This document shows, piece after piece, positions 17,995 to 28,755 of a DNA stretch of 64,000 bases. Where the stretch lies: contig CAXXUO010000001.1 in NCBI GenBank assembly GCA_963666485.2, positions 1,216,001 to 1,280,000 of the forward strand, written 5' to 3'. Position 1 is the first letter of the stretch; every line of letters starts with the position of its first letter. The notes under the pieces were generated by a model. That model made no database searches and had not been told where the DNA came from. It worked only from the letters and a program-made list of their open reading frames with translations. This stretch comes from Syntrophorhabdaceae bacterium (GTDB taxonomy: Bacteria > Desulfobacterota > Syntrophorhabdia > Syntrophorhabdales > Syntrophorhabdaceae). Both the position numbers and the translations under genes were made by a program.

Positions 17995-19653
17995 TCAATT
18001 CGCAGCCCCGGTCATGGGATGTATGGTCTCCAAAGCCTCTTCAATGGCCTTCACCAGGCGTTCGATCCCTTCTTTCTTGAATGCCGATATGGATACGGCA
18101 TTGTAGCGCCGCTCGACGTTGGGGATATACGACCTGTCCACCTTGTCGATCTTGTTGAACACCACTAACCTCTTCTTATGCGCAAGGCCAAGCGAATTGA
18201 TCACACCATCCACGGATTCGATGCGGTCCTCGAAGTCGGCGGCGCTTATGTCCACGAGGTGAAGGAGCAGGTGGGCATCTTCGAGCTCCTCGAGAGTTGC
18301 CATGAACGCGCGTAAAAGGACCTCCGGCAGATGCGTTATGAACCCGACGGTGTCCGTCAGGATTATCCTCTTTCTTTCGGGATATTTCATGATACGGGTC
18401 GTCGGGTTGAGCGTTGAGAACGGTTTATCCTCGACCTCGACCCTGCTTTTTGTGAGGAGGTTGAGCAGGGTCGATTTGCCCGAATTTGTATAGCCGACGA
18501 TAGATACTATGGGAATAAGCGAGGCGCGCCGGCGTTCCCTTTTCTTGTCCCTGACCTTCCGGATCTCCGTAAGACGCCTCTCGAGGAACGATATCCTGTC
18601 ACGGACCCGCCGCCGGTCCACTTCGAGTTTCTGCTCACCGGGACCGCGGCCCCCGATGCCTCCCATGAGCCGTGAAAACGCGGTACTTTTCTCGGTGAGG
18701 CGCGGCATGATATAGCGCAGCTGCGCCAGTTCGACCTGGATCCTGGACTCCGTCGTGTTTGCCCTGCTCGCGAAGATATCGAGAATAAGCTGATTTCTGT
18801 CGATGACCTTCAACTCGGTGATGCCGGATATGTTCTTTATCTGGCCGGGTGTAAGTTCTTCGTCAAAAACGAGAAGATCTGCCCCAAGCTGCTGGCATTT
18901 TATAATGATCTCCTCGATCTTGCCCCTGCCGATGAGATAGCGCGGGTGAAGCTCCTTCGGCCGTTGGACGATCGTATCGACCACCGTTATGCCGGCTGAA
19001 TAGCACAGGTCCTTCATTTCAGCCGTGTAATCCTCGACATGCTTTTCTTTTCCCGGCAGGACGACGCTGATTATCATGCACCTGTCATGCTTCTCTTTCG
19101 TTACAAAGAGCTTGCCCCGTTCCCTGACGAACTCGTTTTCAAGCTCCGTGATGAATTCGGTGAAGTCGACATCAAACTCCGTTACCGGAACGGGCTCCAT
19201 AAAATCCCAGGTTTTGCCCCCTTTGTTCTCCGGAACAAGGTACCCGGCATGGATCGTCTCTCCTCGCTCCCCGCGCATCTCGGTTATGCAGGCGACGAGG
19301 TCGAGCTGGAGAAGGGCAAGGTCGGTCACATCCTCGCGGGAGAGGAGTTCGCCCCTCAGGTGCGTGTGAATGAAGCGCACACCCCGAAACCTTGCGCGGC
19401 CGGTGCGTTCGGTGCTCAGCGGCGGGACCTCGATGCGGTGGTTGTCCCCGACGATGACATACTCGATGATTCCCCGCCGGTTGATGATGAGGCCGACCTG
19501 GCGGGATGTCTCTTTCGAGATGTCCATGATCTGCCGCGCAAGGTCGGCGGTGATCACTGCCCTCGGCTCCAGCCGCTTCTTGTAAAGATTGATCAGGCGC
19601 CGTCTGATGAGAGATTTAAGTCCCTGGGTGTTTCCGTAGATCTCTATTGGCAT
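17995..19653 (-). CDS. hflX: GTPase HflX (long N-terminal form)
   Basis: GYTNSGKST, DTVGFI, NKID and GGRGPGEQKLE motifs. Confidence 0.95.
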   Translation of the reverse strand: MPIEIYGNTQGLKSLIRRRLINLYKKRLEPRAVITADLARQIMDISKETSRQVGLIINRRGIIEYVIVGDNHRIEVPPLSTERTGRARFRGVRFIHTHLRGELLSREDVTDLALLQLDLVACITEMRGERGETIHAGYLVPENKGGKTWDFMEPVPVTEFDVDFTEFITELENEFVRERGKLFVTKEKHDRCMIISVVLPGKEKHVEDYTAEMKDLCYSAGITVVDTIVQRPKELHPRYLIGRGKIEEIIIKCQQLGADLLVFDEELTPGQIKNISGITELKVIDRNQLILDIFASRANTTESRIQVELAQLRYIMPRLTEKSTAFSRLMGGIGGRGPGEQKLEVDRRRVRDRISFLERRLTEIRKVRDKKRERRRASLIPIVSIVGYTNSGKSTLLNLLTKSRVEVEDKPFSTLNPTTRIMKYPERKRIILTDTVGFITHLPEVLLRAFMATLEELEDAHLLLHLVDISAADFEDRIESVDGVINSLGLAHKKRLVVFNKIDKVDRSYIPNVERRYNAVSISAFKKEGIERLVKAIEEALETIHPMTGAAN

Positions 19654-19666
19654 ACCCCGTGATCTA

Positions 19667-20167
19667 TTACGCCTTTACGATCAGTTCCCGGTCTATCTCC
19701 ATGCGGGCGCAATAATCAACACCTTCGAGAAGGATAGCGATCCTTTCCTTGCCATCGAGCTCTTTTTCGAAGATGCCGCTAAAACCCTTGAACGGGCCTT
19801 CCTGGATGATGATCTTTTCGCCTTTCTCGAACGTTTTTCGCTCGACGGTCGCCACACCCTCTGTAAGCCGTCCCTTAATGAAATCTATAAGCTCTTCTTT
19901 CAAAGGGATGATGCGCCCGTTGAAATTAACGATCGTCTTTATACCGCGCGTGTACTTGACGAGACGGAATTCTTCTACAGGGTGGAATTTCACGAAGATG
20001 TACCCCGGGAACATGGGTTCGATGATCTCGGTGAATTTTCCGTCCTTCCAGCGCCGGAAGCGGAGCTTCGGGGCGAGCACCTCGATGCCCCCCTGTGCGA
20101 GGTTCATTGCCGAACGCTCCTCGTTGCGGGCCTTCGTGTTGACGACATACCAGTGACGTGTTGGCAT
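19667..20167 (-). CDS. NusG paralog (RfaH/LoaP/UpxY-like) transcription antiterminator
   Basis: WYVVNTK, PMFPGYIFV, and KOW motif I.EGPFKGFSG. Confidence 0.88.
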   Translation of the reverse strand: MPTRHWYVVNTKARNEERSAMNLAQGGIEVLAPKLRFRRWKDGKFTEIIEPMFPGYIFVKFHPVEEFRLVKYTRGIKTIVNFNGRIIPLKEELIDFIKGRLTEGVATVERKTFEKGEKIIIQEGPFKGFSGIFEKELDGKERIAILLEGVDYCARMEIDRELIVKA

Positions 20168-20290
20168 ATTGTATTATGTGTTATAAATCCCGTTTTTTCA
20201 AGATAATCGCCGTTTGAGCCGCGCCCGGCGCTCTTGACAGGACATGGCCTGTCGTTTAACATTTACTACTTATGAACGCCGGACGCATGC

Positions 20291-21505
20291 ATGCCAGATG
20301 AAGACCTTGCAAAGCTGAAGATCGACAAATCCCGGGCTGCTTTCACGAGACCGGGCAGACGAAAAAAGGGTGTTTATATCGCCGCCGGGGCAGTGCTCCT
20401 CGTGCTTGTAATCCTTGCTTTCACGGGGATATTTTCCCCGGCCGTGCGTGTCGATGCCGTAAGTGTGCAGCAATTCTATCCCGCACAATCCTTTACACTT
20501 CTCAACGCAAGCGGTTACGTGGTCCCCCAGAGAAAGGCGGCGGTGGCTTCGAAGATAACGGCGCGGCTCCAGGAATTATATGTCGAAGAAGGCAACAGGG
20601 TCAAAAAAGACCAGGTGCTTGCCCGGCTTGAAAACGCCGATCTCTCGGCCAGCCTGAGGCAGGCGCAGGAGAACCTCGGCGTTGCACGGTCCTCTGTCGA
20701 CCAGGCCGCTGCGGAACTCAATGACGCCCGGGTCAATTTCGAGCGGGAGAAGCGCCTGCTTGTAAAAGAATTTACGACGCGGTCCGTCTACGATGCCGCA
20801 GAGGCGCGGTATAAAAAAGCGCTTGCCGCTGTCTCGGGGGCGCAGTCCCAGGTGCGGGCGCGCGAGGCGGCCGTCAGGGAGGCGAAGGTGTCCCTGGAAT
20901 ACACATATATCAGGGCGCCGTTTGACGGCGTCGTCCTGACGAAAAATGCCGATATCGGGGACATCGTGACGCCGATCGGCGCCGCGACCACGGCAAAGGC
21001 GGCGGTTGTCACACTTGCCGACATGTCAACCCTCAAGGTCGAGGCCGATGTTTCCGAATCAAACCTCGGCAAGCTGAAAGTCGGCCAGCCGTGTCAGATA
21101 CAGCTCGATGCCATACCGGACACGCGTTTTGACGGCACGGTCCATATGATCGTCCCGACTGCCGACAGAACGAAGGCAACGGTCATGGTCAAGGTGAATT
21201 TCAACCACCTCGACAGCAGGATATTGCCGGAGATGAGCGCCAAGGTGGCGTTCCTTTCCCGCGAGGTATCGGAGGGCGAGCGCAAGGCGCGCCTTGCCGT
21301 CAACCGAAAGGCCGTGGTCGAGAAGAACGGCAGACGGTACGTGTTTGTCGTCCGGCAGGGGCGCGCCCACCTGACGGAGATCACGACCAAGGATACGTTC
21401 GGCGACATGATAGAGATAAAAAGCGGCGCATCATCCGGCGACAAGGTCGTCTTGAATCCCCCGTCACGTTTATCGAACGGCGCCCGGGTAAAAATAAACG
21501 AATGA
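20291..21505 (+). CDS. Efflux periplasmic adaptor (MacA-like)
   Basis: N-terminal TM, ASGYV, VEEGNRVKKDQVLARL and IRAPFDG motifs. Confidence 0.92.
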   Translation: MPDEDLAKLKIDKSRAAFTRPGRRKKGVYIAAGAVLLVLVILAFTGIFSPAVRVDAVSVQQFYPAQSFTLLNASGYVVPQRKAAVASKITARLQELYVEEGNRVKKDQVLARLENADLSASLRQAQENLGVARSSVDQAAAELNDARVNFEREKRLLVKEFTTRSVYDAAEARYKKALAAVSGAQSQVRAREAAVREAKVSLEYTYIRAPFDGVVLTKNADIGDIVTPIGAATTAKAAVVTLADMSTLKVEADVSESNLGKLKVGQPCQIQLDAIPDTRFDGTVHMIVPTADRTKATVMVKVNFNHLDSRILPEMSAKVAFLSREVSEGERKARLAVNRKAVVEKNGRRYVFVVRQGRAHLTEITTKDTFGDMIEIKSGASSGDKVVLNPPSRLSNGARVKINE

Positions 21506-22206
21506 TGGAACCCGACGCGATGGTATCCATCTCGAAGCTGTATAAGTCCTACCACAGGGGGGACCAGGTCATCCCTGTTCTCTCCGATATCTCGTTCGAC
21601 ATTGCCGAAGGCGAATTCCTTGCCCTCATGGGACCCTCGGGGTCGGGGAAGAGCACGCTTCTCAATCTTATTGCGGGGATCGACCATCCGGACAGCGGAT
21701 CGATCATCATAGGCGGTGTCGACGTCACGCAGCTTACCGAGACGGAGCTTGCGCACTGGCGGGCACTGAACGTTGGTTTCATCTTCCAGTTCTACAATCT
21801 TATCCCCGTGTTGACGGCCTTCGAGAACGTAGAACTTCCGCTTATCCTGACATCACTTTCCCGTGCCGAGCGCAGGGAGCACGTCGCGATGGCGCTCAAG
21901 GTCGTAGGGCTCGAGGACCGGATGGACCATTATCCCGGGCAATTGTCCGGCGGGCAGGAACAAAGGGTCGCCATAGCACGCGCGATCGTGACCGACCCGG
22001 CCATACTGGTTGCGGACGAGCCGACGGGGGACCTCGACAGGGTGTCCGCCGAGGAAATAATGGGCCTCATGGACCGGCTGAACACCGAATCGAAAAAAAC
22101 GATCATCATGGTCACCCATGACCCGCGGGCCGCGAAAAAGGCCCACGTAGTGAGACACCTTGATAAAGGGGTCCTGACGAATGCACATTCTCAAGATACT
22201 CTTTAA
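21502..22206 (+). CDS. ABC transporter ATP-binding protein (LolD/MacB-like)
   Basis: GPSGSGKST, LSGGQEQRV and ADEPTG motifs. Confidence 0.95.
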   Translation: MMEPDAMVSISKLYKSYHRGDQVIPVLSDISFDIAEGEFLALMGPSGSGKSTLLNLIAGIDHPDSGSIIIGGVDVTQLTETELAHWRALNVGFIFQFYNLIPVLTAFENVELPLILTSLSRAERREHVAMALKVVGLEDRMDHYPGQLSGGQEQRVAIARAIVTDPAILVADEPTGDLDRVSAEEIMGLMDRLNTESKKTIIMVTHDPRAAKKAHVVRHLDKGVLTNAHSQDTL

Positions 22207-23338
22207 GAACGCCTTCCGGCATAAGCTCCGCACCGGCCTCACCATCATTTCCATCATGATAGCGCTTCTTGCCTTCGGGCTCTTAAGGACCGTGATCGAT
22301 GCGTGGTATGCCGGCGTCGAGGCATCGTCGGCATACCGCCTGATAACCCGCAATGCGGTCTCCATAATATTCCCGCTTCCCCTGTCATACAAGGACAGGA
22401 TACGCCAGGTCGACGGCGTGTCGGAGGTTTCCTGGGGCAACTGGTTCGGCGGGATCTATATCGACGAAAAGAATTTTTTCGCGAATTTTGCCGTGGACGC
22501 CCGGACATATTTCGACCTGTATCGCGAGTACGTCATCCCCGATGATCAAAGGACGGCATTTATGCGCGACCGCAGGGGTTTTGTGGCAGGGCGAAAGCTC
22601 GCCCGGCGGTTCGGCTGGAAGATCGGCGATACGATCGTCCTGAAAGGGACGATCTTCCCCGGGAACTGGGAGCTCGTCATGCGGGGCATCTACCGCGGGC
22701 GGGACCCCAACGCCGACGAGACCGTGTTTGTCCTGCACTGGGATTACCTGAACGAATCTTTGAAGAAAGCGGGGTCGACACGCGTCGACCAGGTCGGTTT
22801 CTACATGGTCGGGATCAAAGACCCCGCCCGGGCCACGGCGATAGCCAACTCCATAGACTTTCTTTTTAAGAACTCGTATGCCGAGACCATCACCGAAACG
22901 GAAAAAGCCTTTACCCTCGGGTTCGTGGCCATGTCGGACGCCATTATCACGGCGATCGAACTTGTATCGTTCGTTGTTATCGTCATTATTCTTGCCGTTG
23001 TAGCTAACACCGTTGCAATGTCGGTCCGGGAAAGAACAAATGAATATGCCGTCTTCAAGACACTGGGTTTCGGGGGATGGCGGATCGCGGGGCTCATTCT
23101 CGGCGAGTCCGTCGTGATCACCATGCTGGGCTGCGCCTTCGGGGTGGCGGCGACGTATCCCGCGGCGCAGATCTTCGGTAAGGCGATGGGGGCGTATTTC
23201 CCCGTGTTCCATGTAAGCCCCGGAACGCTCGCGCTCGATGCGGTATTTTCACTGGCTGTCGGCATCCTGGCGGCACTGGTGCCGATATACCGCACGCTCA
23301 GGATGCGGATCGCCGAAGGCCTGAGGATGCTGGAATGA
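22181..23338 (+). CDS. ABC transporter permease (MacB/FtsX family)
   Basis: RHKLRT.LT and SVRERT.E.AVFKTLGF motifs. Confidence 0.92.
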   Translation: MHILKILFKNAFRHKLRTGLTIISIMIALLAFGLLRTVIDAWYAGVEASSAYRLITRNAVSIIFPLPLSYKDRIRQVDGVSEVSWGNWFGGIYIDEKNFFANFAVDARTYFDLYREYVIPDDQRTAFMRDRRGFVAGRKLARRFGWKIGDTIVLKGTIFPGNWELVMRGIYRGRDPNADETVFVLHWDYLNESLKKAGSTRVDQVGFYMVGIKDPARATAIANSIDFLFKNSYAETITETEKAFTLGFVAMSDAIITAIELVSFVVIVIILAVVANTVAMSVRERTNEYAVFKTLGFGGWRIAGLILGESVVITMLGCAFGVAATYPAAQIFGKAMGAYFPVFHVSPGTLALDAVFSLAVGILAALVPIYRTLRMRIAEGLRMLE

Positions 23339-24504
23339 GAGGGGTCCCGTTCGCATACAGCCTGCGGAACCTCTGGACCAGGAGGCTGACGACGATCCTG
23401 ACCGTTTCAGGCATGGCGCTTGTCGTCTTTGTTTTTACAACGATCCTGATGCTTGCGCAGGGCCTTAAGAAGACCCTCGTTGAGACCGGTTCCTACGATA
23501 ATGCCGTTGTCATACGCAAGGGATCGGGCTCCGAGGTGCAGAGCTGGATCGACAGGGCGCAGGCGGGGATCATAGAAACGGACCCGCTCGTTGCAACGGG
23601 GTCTGACGGAAAGCCGCTTGTCGCACGCGAACTGGTCGTTCTTATCGGGCTTCCCAAGAAGGACACGGAGAAAATATCGAACGTGACCATCCGCGGTATA
23701 AGCGAGGCCTCCCTTGCCCTGCGTCCCCAGGTGGCCCTCGTGCGGGGAAGAATGCCGAAGGCAGGCTCCTCGGAGGTCGTTGTCGGCTCGAGCGTCGCAC
23801 GCCGCTTCAAGGGTGCGGACCTGGGAGGCGAGCTGCGTTTCGGGATGCGGCAATGGAGGATCGTCGGGATCTTCGACGCGGGGAATACCGGGTTCACATC
23901 CGAGATCTGGGGGGATGTCGAGCAGCTCATGCCGGCCTTCAGGCGGCCGGTTTTCTCATCGATGATCCTTCGCATGAGCGACCCCTCGCAATTTGATGCG
24001 TTGAAAGCAAGGATCGAGACAAATCCCCGGCTTACCCAGGAGGTGAAAAGGGAGACGCGCTATTATCTCGAGCAGTCCGAGATGATGGCGAAGTTCCTGC
24101 GCATACTCGGCATCTCCCTCACACTCATCTTTTCCCTGGGCGCGATCATAGGCGCGATGATCACGATGTACGCAGCCGTGGCCAACCGGGTAGGGGAGAT
24201 CGGGACCTTACGGGCCCTCGGGTTCAGGCGAAGGAGCATATTGATCGCTTTCCTCATGGAAGCGCTGCTGCTCGGGGTTTCCGGCGGGCTGGCAGGGCTC
24301 TTCTTCGCTTCGTTCATGCAGCTCGTGACCGTGTCGACGGTCAATTTCCAGACATTCTCTGAGCTTGCCTTCAGGTTCAGCCTGACGTTCGGCATCGCCA
24401 TGCAGGGCCTGGCCTTCGCCGTCATGATGGGATTCATGGGCGGTGTCCTTCCGGCGGTCAGGGCTGCGCACATGAATATCGTCGAAGCACTGCGGACCAA
24501 GTAA
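23335..24504 (+). CDS. ABC transporter permease (MacB/FtsX family)
   Basis: RNLW.RR.TT.LT and R..EIGTLRALGF motifs. Confidence 0.92.
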   Translation: MRGVPFAYSLRNLWTRRLTTILTVSGMALVVFVFTTILMLAQGLKKTLVETGSYDNAVVIRKGSGSEVQSWIDRAQAGIIETDPLVATGSDGKPLVARELVVLIGLPKKDTEKISNVTIRGISEASLALRPQVALVRGRMPKAGSSEVVVGSSVARRFKGADLGGELRFGMRQWRIVGIFDAGNTGFTSEIWGDVEQLMPAFRRPVFSSMILRMSDPSQFDALKARIETNPRLTQEVKRETRYYLEQSEMMAKFLRILGISLTLIFSLGAIIGAMITMYAAVANRVGEIGTLRALGFRRRSILIAFLMEALLLGVSGGLAGLFFASFMQLVTVSTVNFQTFSELAFRFSLTFGIAMQGLAFAVMMGFMGGVLPAVRAAHMNIVEALRTK

Positions 24505-24654
24505 AGCGGGGCATTTTCATTCCCAATGTTCCATCTTTTCCGCAAGATAAGGATATCATTGTTCGTTTTGATTGACTCATCCCTGCATCTATTTTAACAT
24601 TGAGGATTAAACGAACTTTCAAATATACCGATAAGATATGACAGAGGACAGCTG

Positions 24655-25446
24655 ATGAAAAAGATCCTGATCGTCGACGATGATCCCGAGATACACAAAT
24701 TACTGAGGTTCCGTCTTATAGGGGAGGGCTATAGCGTCATTACGGCCGTCGATGCATATGGCGCGATACAGAACGCCCGGCGGGAAAAACCGGACCTTAT
24801 CATTCTCGACATTATGCTGCCGGGCGGCGGCGGCGTCCACGCCCTGAAGAACATACGGCTTATCCCCGACACGGCGTCGATCCCCGTCGTTGTCTTAACG
24901 GGCACTACCGACGAGGACGTAAAGAAGCAGATAATAGAGCTCGGCGTCCAGGAGTACCTGACCAAACCGTTTGAGTACGAGACTGTGAGCCGCGCGATAG
25001 CCGGGCTCTTGAAGCATACACCCGAGGAGCAGGTACATGAGGAAAAACCTCGGGACGTTCTGGGGAAGGTCCTCGTCGTGGATGACGATCCCGATATTGT
25101 GAAATTACTCAGCCGGCAGCTGTCCCAGGAAGGGTACGAGGTGGTCGTCGCCTCCGATGCGTATCATGCCATCCAGACGATCCTCCGGGAAAAACCGGAC
25201 CTTATCATTCTCGACATCATGCTGCCGGGCGGCGGCGGGCTTCATGTCCTTCAGAAGATAAGGGCAGTGCCCGGGGTCGCGGGAATTCCGGTCATCATCC
25301 TTACCGGCACTCATGATGCGCAGATAAAGCAGAAGATAATCGAAGAACATGTCGACGGTTATTTCGAGAAACCGTACGATTATACGGTCCTCGGCGGTTC
25401 CATCAAGGCCCTGCTTTCAGCCGCGCCGTCCCCTGCCGCCCTTTGA
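24655..25446 (+). CDS. Response regulator with two tandem receiver domains and no output domain
   Basis: Two copies of IVDDD...PDLIILDIMLP...KP. Confidence 0.92.
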   Translation: MKKILIVDDDPEIHKLLRFRLIGEGYSVITAVDAYGAIQNARREKPDLIILDIMLPGGGGVHALKNIRLIPDTASIPVVVLTGTTDEDVKKQIIELGVQEYLTKPFEYETVSRAIAGLLKHTPEEQVHEEKPRDVLGKVLVVDDDPDIVKLLSRQLSQEGYEVVVASDAYHAIQTILREKPDLIILDIMLPGGGGLHVLQKIRAVPGVAGIPVIILTGTHDAQIKQKIIEEHVDGYFEKPYDYTVLGGSIKALLSAAPSPAAL

Positions 25447-25884
25447 GGCGAGGATCGCATATTCAAAACCGTCGATAAGAGCAACGAACGAGGCCTGATT
25501 GATATTTTCCGACATGGCGACGACGCTCCATATGTCTTCACCGTCGGAAAAGATGATATTCACCTCGACATTTGCTGCTGTGCCCGACCGGGAATCGTGG
25601 ATGCGCGATGAAAAATCGACAAGCGATACCCCCTGTATCACGGGGAATATCGACGACAGGGATTTCTTGAGGACGTTCGCAAGGGCATCGACCGGGCCCA
25701 CACCCGTCGATGCCTCGTGCATCTGCCTTCTTTTTGCCTTGATTATGACGGTCGCCTCGGGCCTTAAGCCATCGTCGATAAGCCGGTACGTCCCGACCAC
25801 TTCAAAGGGGGCCTTGTAATCCTTCTTGGATCTCAGGATATTGAGGTCCTTTGTCGCATCGATGATGTTGACGAGTTTGCTCAC
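25417..25884 (-). CDS. Stand-alone LeuA/CimA-type regulatory (LeuA_dimer) domain protein
   Basis: EATV...GVGPVDAL...LVDF...SENINQAS aligns with the C-terminus of the adjacent CimA. Confidence 0.8.
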   Translation of the reverse strand: MSKLVNIIDATKDLNILRSKKDYKAPFEVVGTYRLIDDGLRPEATVIIKAKRRQMHEASTGVGPVDALANVLKKSLSSIFPVIQGVSLVDFSSRIHDSRSGTAANVEVNIIFSDGEDIWSVVAMSENINQASFVALIDGFEYAILASKGGRGRRG

Positions 25885-27452
25885 TACTTTTTCTCCTCTT
25901 CAATAAGAAGCTTGTAGTCGATGCTGTCAACAAGCGCGCGCCAGCTTGCCTCGATGATATTTTCCGAGACGCCGACTGTTCCCCAGCTGTGCTTGCCGTC
26001 GCTCGACTCGATGAGAACGCGGGTAGGGGCGCCCGTGCCTTCCTGCGTTGAAAGCACGCGGACCTTGTAATCGACGAGGTCCATCGTCTTGAGGTCGGGG
26101 TAGAATTTTTGAAGCGATTTCCGCAGGGCATTGTCGAGTGCGTTGACAGGGCCTTTTCCGAGCGCGGCCGTGTGCTCTATCTTATCTCCGACCTTGACGA
26201 GGATCGTCGCTTCCGTGACCGGCTGCGACCGCTCTTTCTTCTCGACGATGATCCTGAAACCGATCAATTCAAAATACGACCTGTGGATACCGAGCTTTTT
26301 CTTGATGAGGAGCTCGAGCGACCCCTCAGCACCTTCAAACTGGTATCCGCGCATCTCCATCTCTTTGATCCTGCCGATGATCTCCTTCGCGAGGTCCGGG
26401 TCCTTCTCTATGTCTATGTTAAATTCCTTTGCCTTGTACCGGATCGAAGCCTCACCGGACAGGTCCGAGATAAGGACCCTCTGTGAGTTCCCGATAAGGT
26501 CGGGCCGTATGTGCTCGTATGTTTCAGGGTTCTTCCGAATGGCGCTCACATGGATGCCGCCCTTATGGGCGAACGCGCTTTCCCCGACGTAGGGGCGGTG
26601 CTTGTCGGGAATGAAATTTGCCATTTCATCGACGAAGAGGCTGAGCTCCCTCAAGCGCTCGATCTTCGCCCTTTCGATGCCGGTATGCCCCATTTTCAGT
26701 ATCACGTTGGGGATAATGGAGCAGAGGTTTGCATTACCGCAGCGCTCACCGTAGCCGTTTATCGTGCCCTGGACCTGGGTGCACCCGGCCCTGACGGCCA
26801 TGAGCGTGTTGGCGACGGCGAGTTCCGTATCATTATGGGTGTGGATCCCGAGCCGCGCTTTTGTTGTTTTCGCGATGCCGCGGGTTATGTCGAAGATCTC
26901 GAACGGCATGGTGCCCCCGTTCGTATCACAGAGTACCAGGACGTCGGCACCGGCGCCGCCGGCCGACGCGAGAACCGCGAGCGCATAGTCGGGGTTGCGC
27001 TTGTACCCGTCATAAAAATGCTCCGCATCGAAGAAGACCGTTTTGCCGAGGCGCTTCAGGTGGCCGATCGTGTCCGCGATCATCTTCAGGTTGGCTTCGA
27101 GGCTGACCCGCAGTGCATCGCGTACATGGAGGTCCCAGCTCTTCCCGACGATGGCGACGCAGTCGGTCCCGGCATCGAGCAGAGCCTTCATGACGGGGTC
27201 GTTCCCCGGTTTTGCGTTGGCCTTTATCGTGCTCGAGAAGGCGACGATGCGGGCGTTTTTAAGCGTGAGATTTTTTACTTCCTTGAAATACTGCAGGTCT
27301 TTCGGGTTGGAGCCCGGCCAGCCGCCTTCGATATAGTGTATCCCGAAGTCGTCAAGCCTTTCCGTTATCCGGAGCTTGTCGGTCAGACTGAAGGCAATGT
27401 CCTCTGACTGGGCCCCATCCCGGAGGGTGGTGTCGTAAAACTCTACCCTCAA
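25884..27452 (-). CDS. cimA: Citramalate synthase
   Basis: [41 protein letters not shown] and [10 protein letters not shown] motifs. Confidence 0.92.
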   Translation of the reverse strand: MRVEFYDTTLRDGAQSEDIAFSLTDKLRITERLDDFGIHYIEGGWPGSNPKDLQYFKEVKNLTLKNARIVAFSSTIKANAKPGNDPVMKALLDAGTDCVAIVGKSWDLHVRDALRVSLEANLKMIADTIGHLKRLGKTVFFDAEHFYDGYKRNPDYALAVLASAGGAGADVLVLCDTNGGTMPFEIFDITRGIAKTTKARLGIHTHNDTELAVANTLMAVRAGCTQVQGTINGYGERCGNANLCSIIPNVILKMGHTGIERAKIERLRELSLFVDEMANFIPDKHRPYVGESAFAHKGGIHVSAIRKNPETYEHIRPDLIGNSQRVLISDLSGEASIRYKAKEFNIDIEKDPDLAKEIIGRIKEMEMRGYQFEGAEGSLELLIKKKLGIHRSYFELIGFRIIVEKKERSQPVTEATILVKVGDKIEHTAALGKGPVNALDNALRKSLQKFYPDLKTMDLVDYKVRVLSTQEGTGAPTRVLIESSDGKHSWGTVGVSENIIEASWRALVDSIDYKLLIEEEKK

Positions 27453-28684
27453 GTCTCCTCCGTCACATCACCTGCGTCGAGCCCGAAGTTTTTATGGAGT
27501 GCACGTACCGCGAGTTCGCCGTACTTGCTCTCGATAACACAGGATATCTTGATCTCGGAGGTGGAGATGAGCTCAATGTTTATCCCTTCCGCCGCGAGGA
27601 TGGTGAACATCTTGGATGCAACACCGGAATGGGAGCGCATGCCGAGTCCCACGATAGACACCTTTGCCATGTCTTCATCGACGGCGACCTTCGCGCCGAT
27701 CGCTTCCCCGATCTCGTTCGTGATCTTGAAGGCTTTCTTGGCGTCGGCTTTCACGACCGTGAACGTAATATCGTTGAACCCGTCATGGCTGACATTCTGT
27801 ACGATCATGTCGACCACGATGTTCGCTTCGCTCAGTGCCGTAAAGATCTTCGAGGCTATTCCCGGTTTGTCGGGAACTTTGTTGACCGTTATCTTTGCTT
27901 CATTTTTATTGTAAGTGATCCCTGAAATGACGACTTTTTCCATCATGTCTCTTTCCTCCTTGCAGACAAGCGTTCCTTTCCCCTCTTCGATGAGGGACGA
28001 TTTGACCAGAATCGGGACATTGTACTTCTGGGCCAGTTCAACCGAACGGATCTGAAGCACCTTTGCCCCGAGAGACGCCATTTCCAGCATCTCCTCGTAG
28101 GATATCTTGTCAAGACGCCGTGCTTTTTCGCATATGTTCGGGTCTGTTGTATAGACGCCGTCGACGTCCGTGTATATTTCGCAGACATCTGCCTTGAGGC
28201 CGGCAGCGAGGGCCACGGCAGTGGTGTCGGAGCCGCCCCTTCCGAGGGTCGTTATGTAACCGTGCTCATCGACACCCTGGAAGCCGGGGACGATGACGAT
28301 ATAGCCTTCTTTGAGTTTCGCGCGGACCGCCTCATCTTCTACATCGGCGATACGGGCGAACCCGTAGGTCGAGTCGCTGACGATCCTCACCTGGTCGGCG
28401 AGCAGTGAGATCGCCTTGTAACCCATTTCTATGAGGGTCATCGCAAGAAGGGCCGATGTGACCTGCTCTCCTGTTGAGATAAGGACGTCCGTCTCTCGCA
28501 AATCGGGAAACTTCGCAATCTCCTGGGCAAGGTTGAGCAGACGGTCTGTCTCGCCTGACATCGCTGAAACGACGACGATGACATCCATCCCGCGCTTCTT
28601 GTAATCAATGGCGCGCCTCGCTACATTTTGGATCCTCTGCACATCCCTGACGGACGTGCCTCCATATTTTTGAACTACGAGCAT
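27449..28684 (-). CDS. lysC: Aspartate kinase
   Basis: [20 protein letters not shown] and two ACT domains. Confidence 0.96.
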   Translation of the reverse strand: MLVVQKYGGTSVRDVQRIQNVARRAIDYKKRGMDVIVVVSAMSGETDRLLNLAQEIAKFPDLRETDVLISTGEQVTSALLAMTLIEMGYKAISLLADQVRIVSDSTYGFARIADVEDEAVRAKLKEGYIVIVPGFQGVDEHGYITTLGRGGSDTTAVALAAGLKADVCEIYTDVDGVYTTDPNICEKARRLDKISYEEMLEMASLGAKVLQIRSVELAQKYNVPILVKSSLIEEGKGTLVCKEERDMMEKVVISGITYNKNEAKITVNKVPDKPGIASKIFTALSEANIVVDMIVQNVSHDGFNDITFTVVKADAKKAFKITNEIGEAIGAKVAVDEDMAKVSIVGLGMRSHSGVASKMFTILAAEGINIELISTSEIKISCVIESKYGELAVRALHKNFGLDAGDVTEET

Positions 28685-28755
28685 GGTGAACCTCCGGGAA
28701 TAAAATATGGATAACTCAAGGAACTAATGGGTCTTTTCTGCCGTCTTCACGGCTG

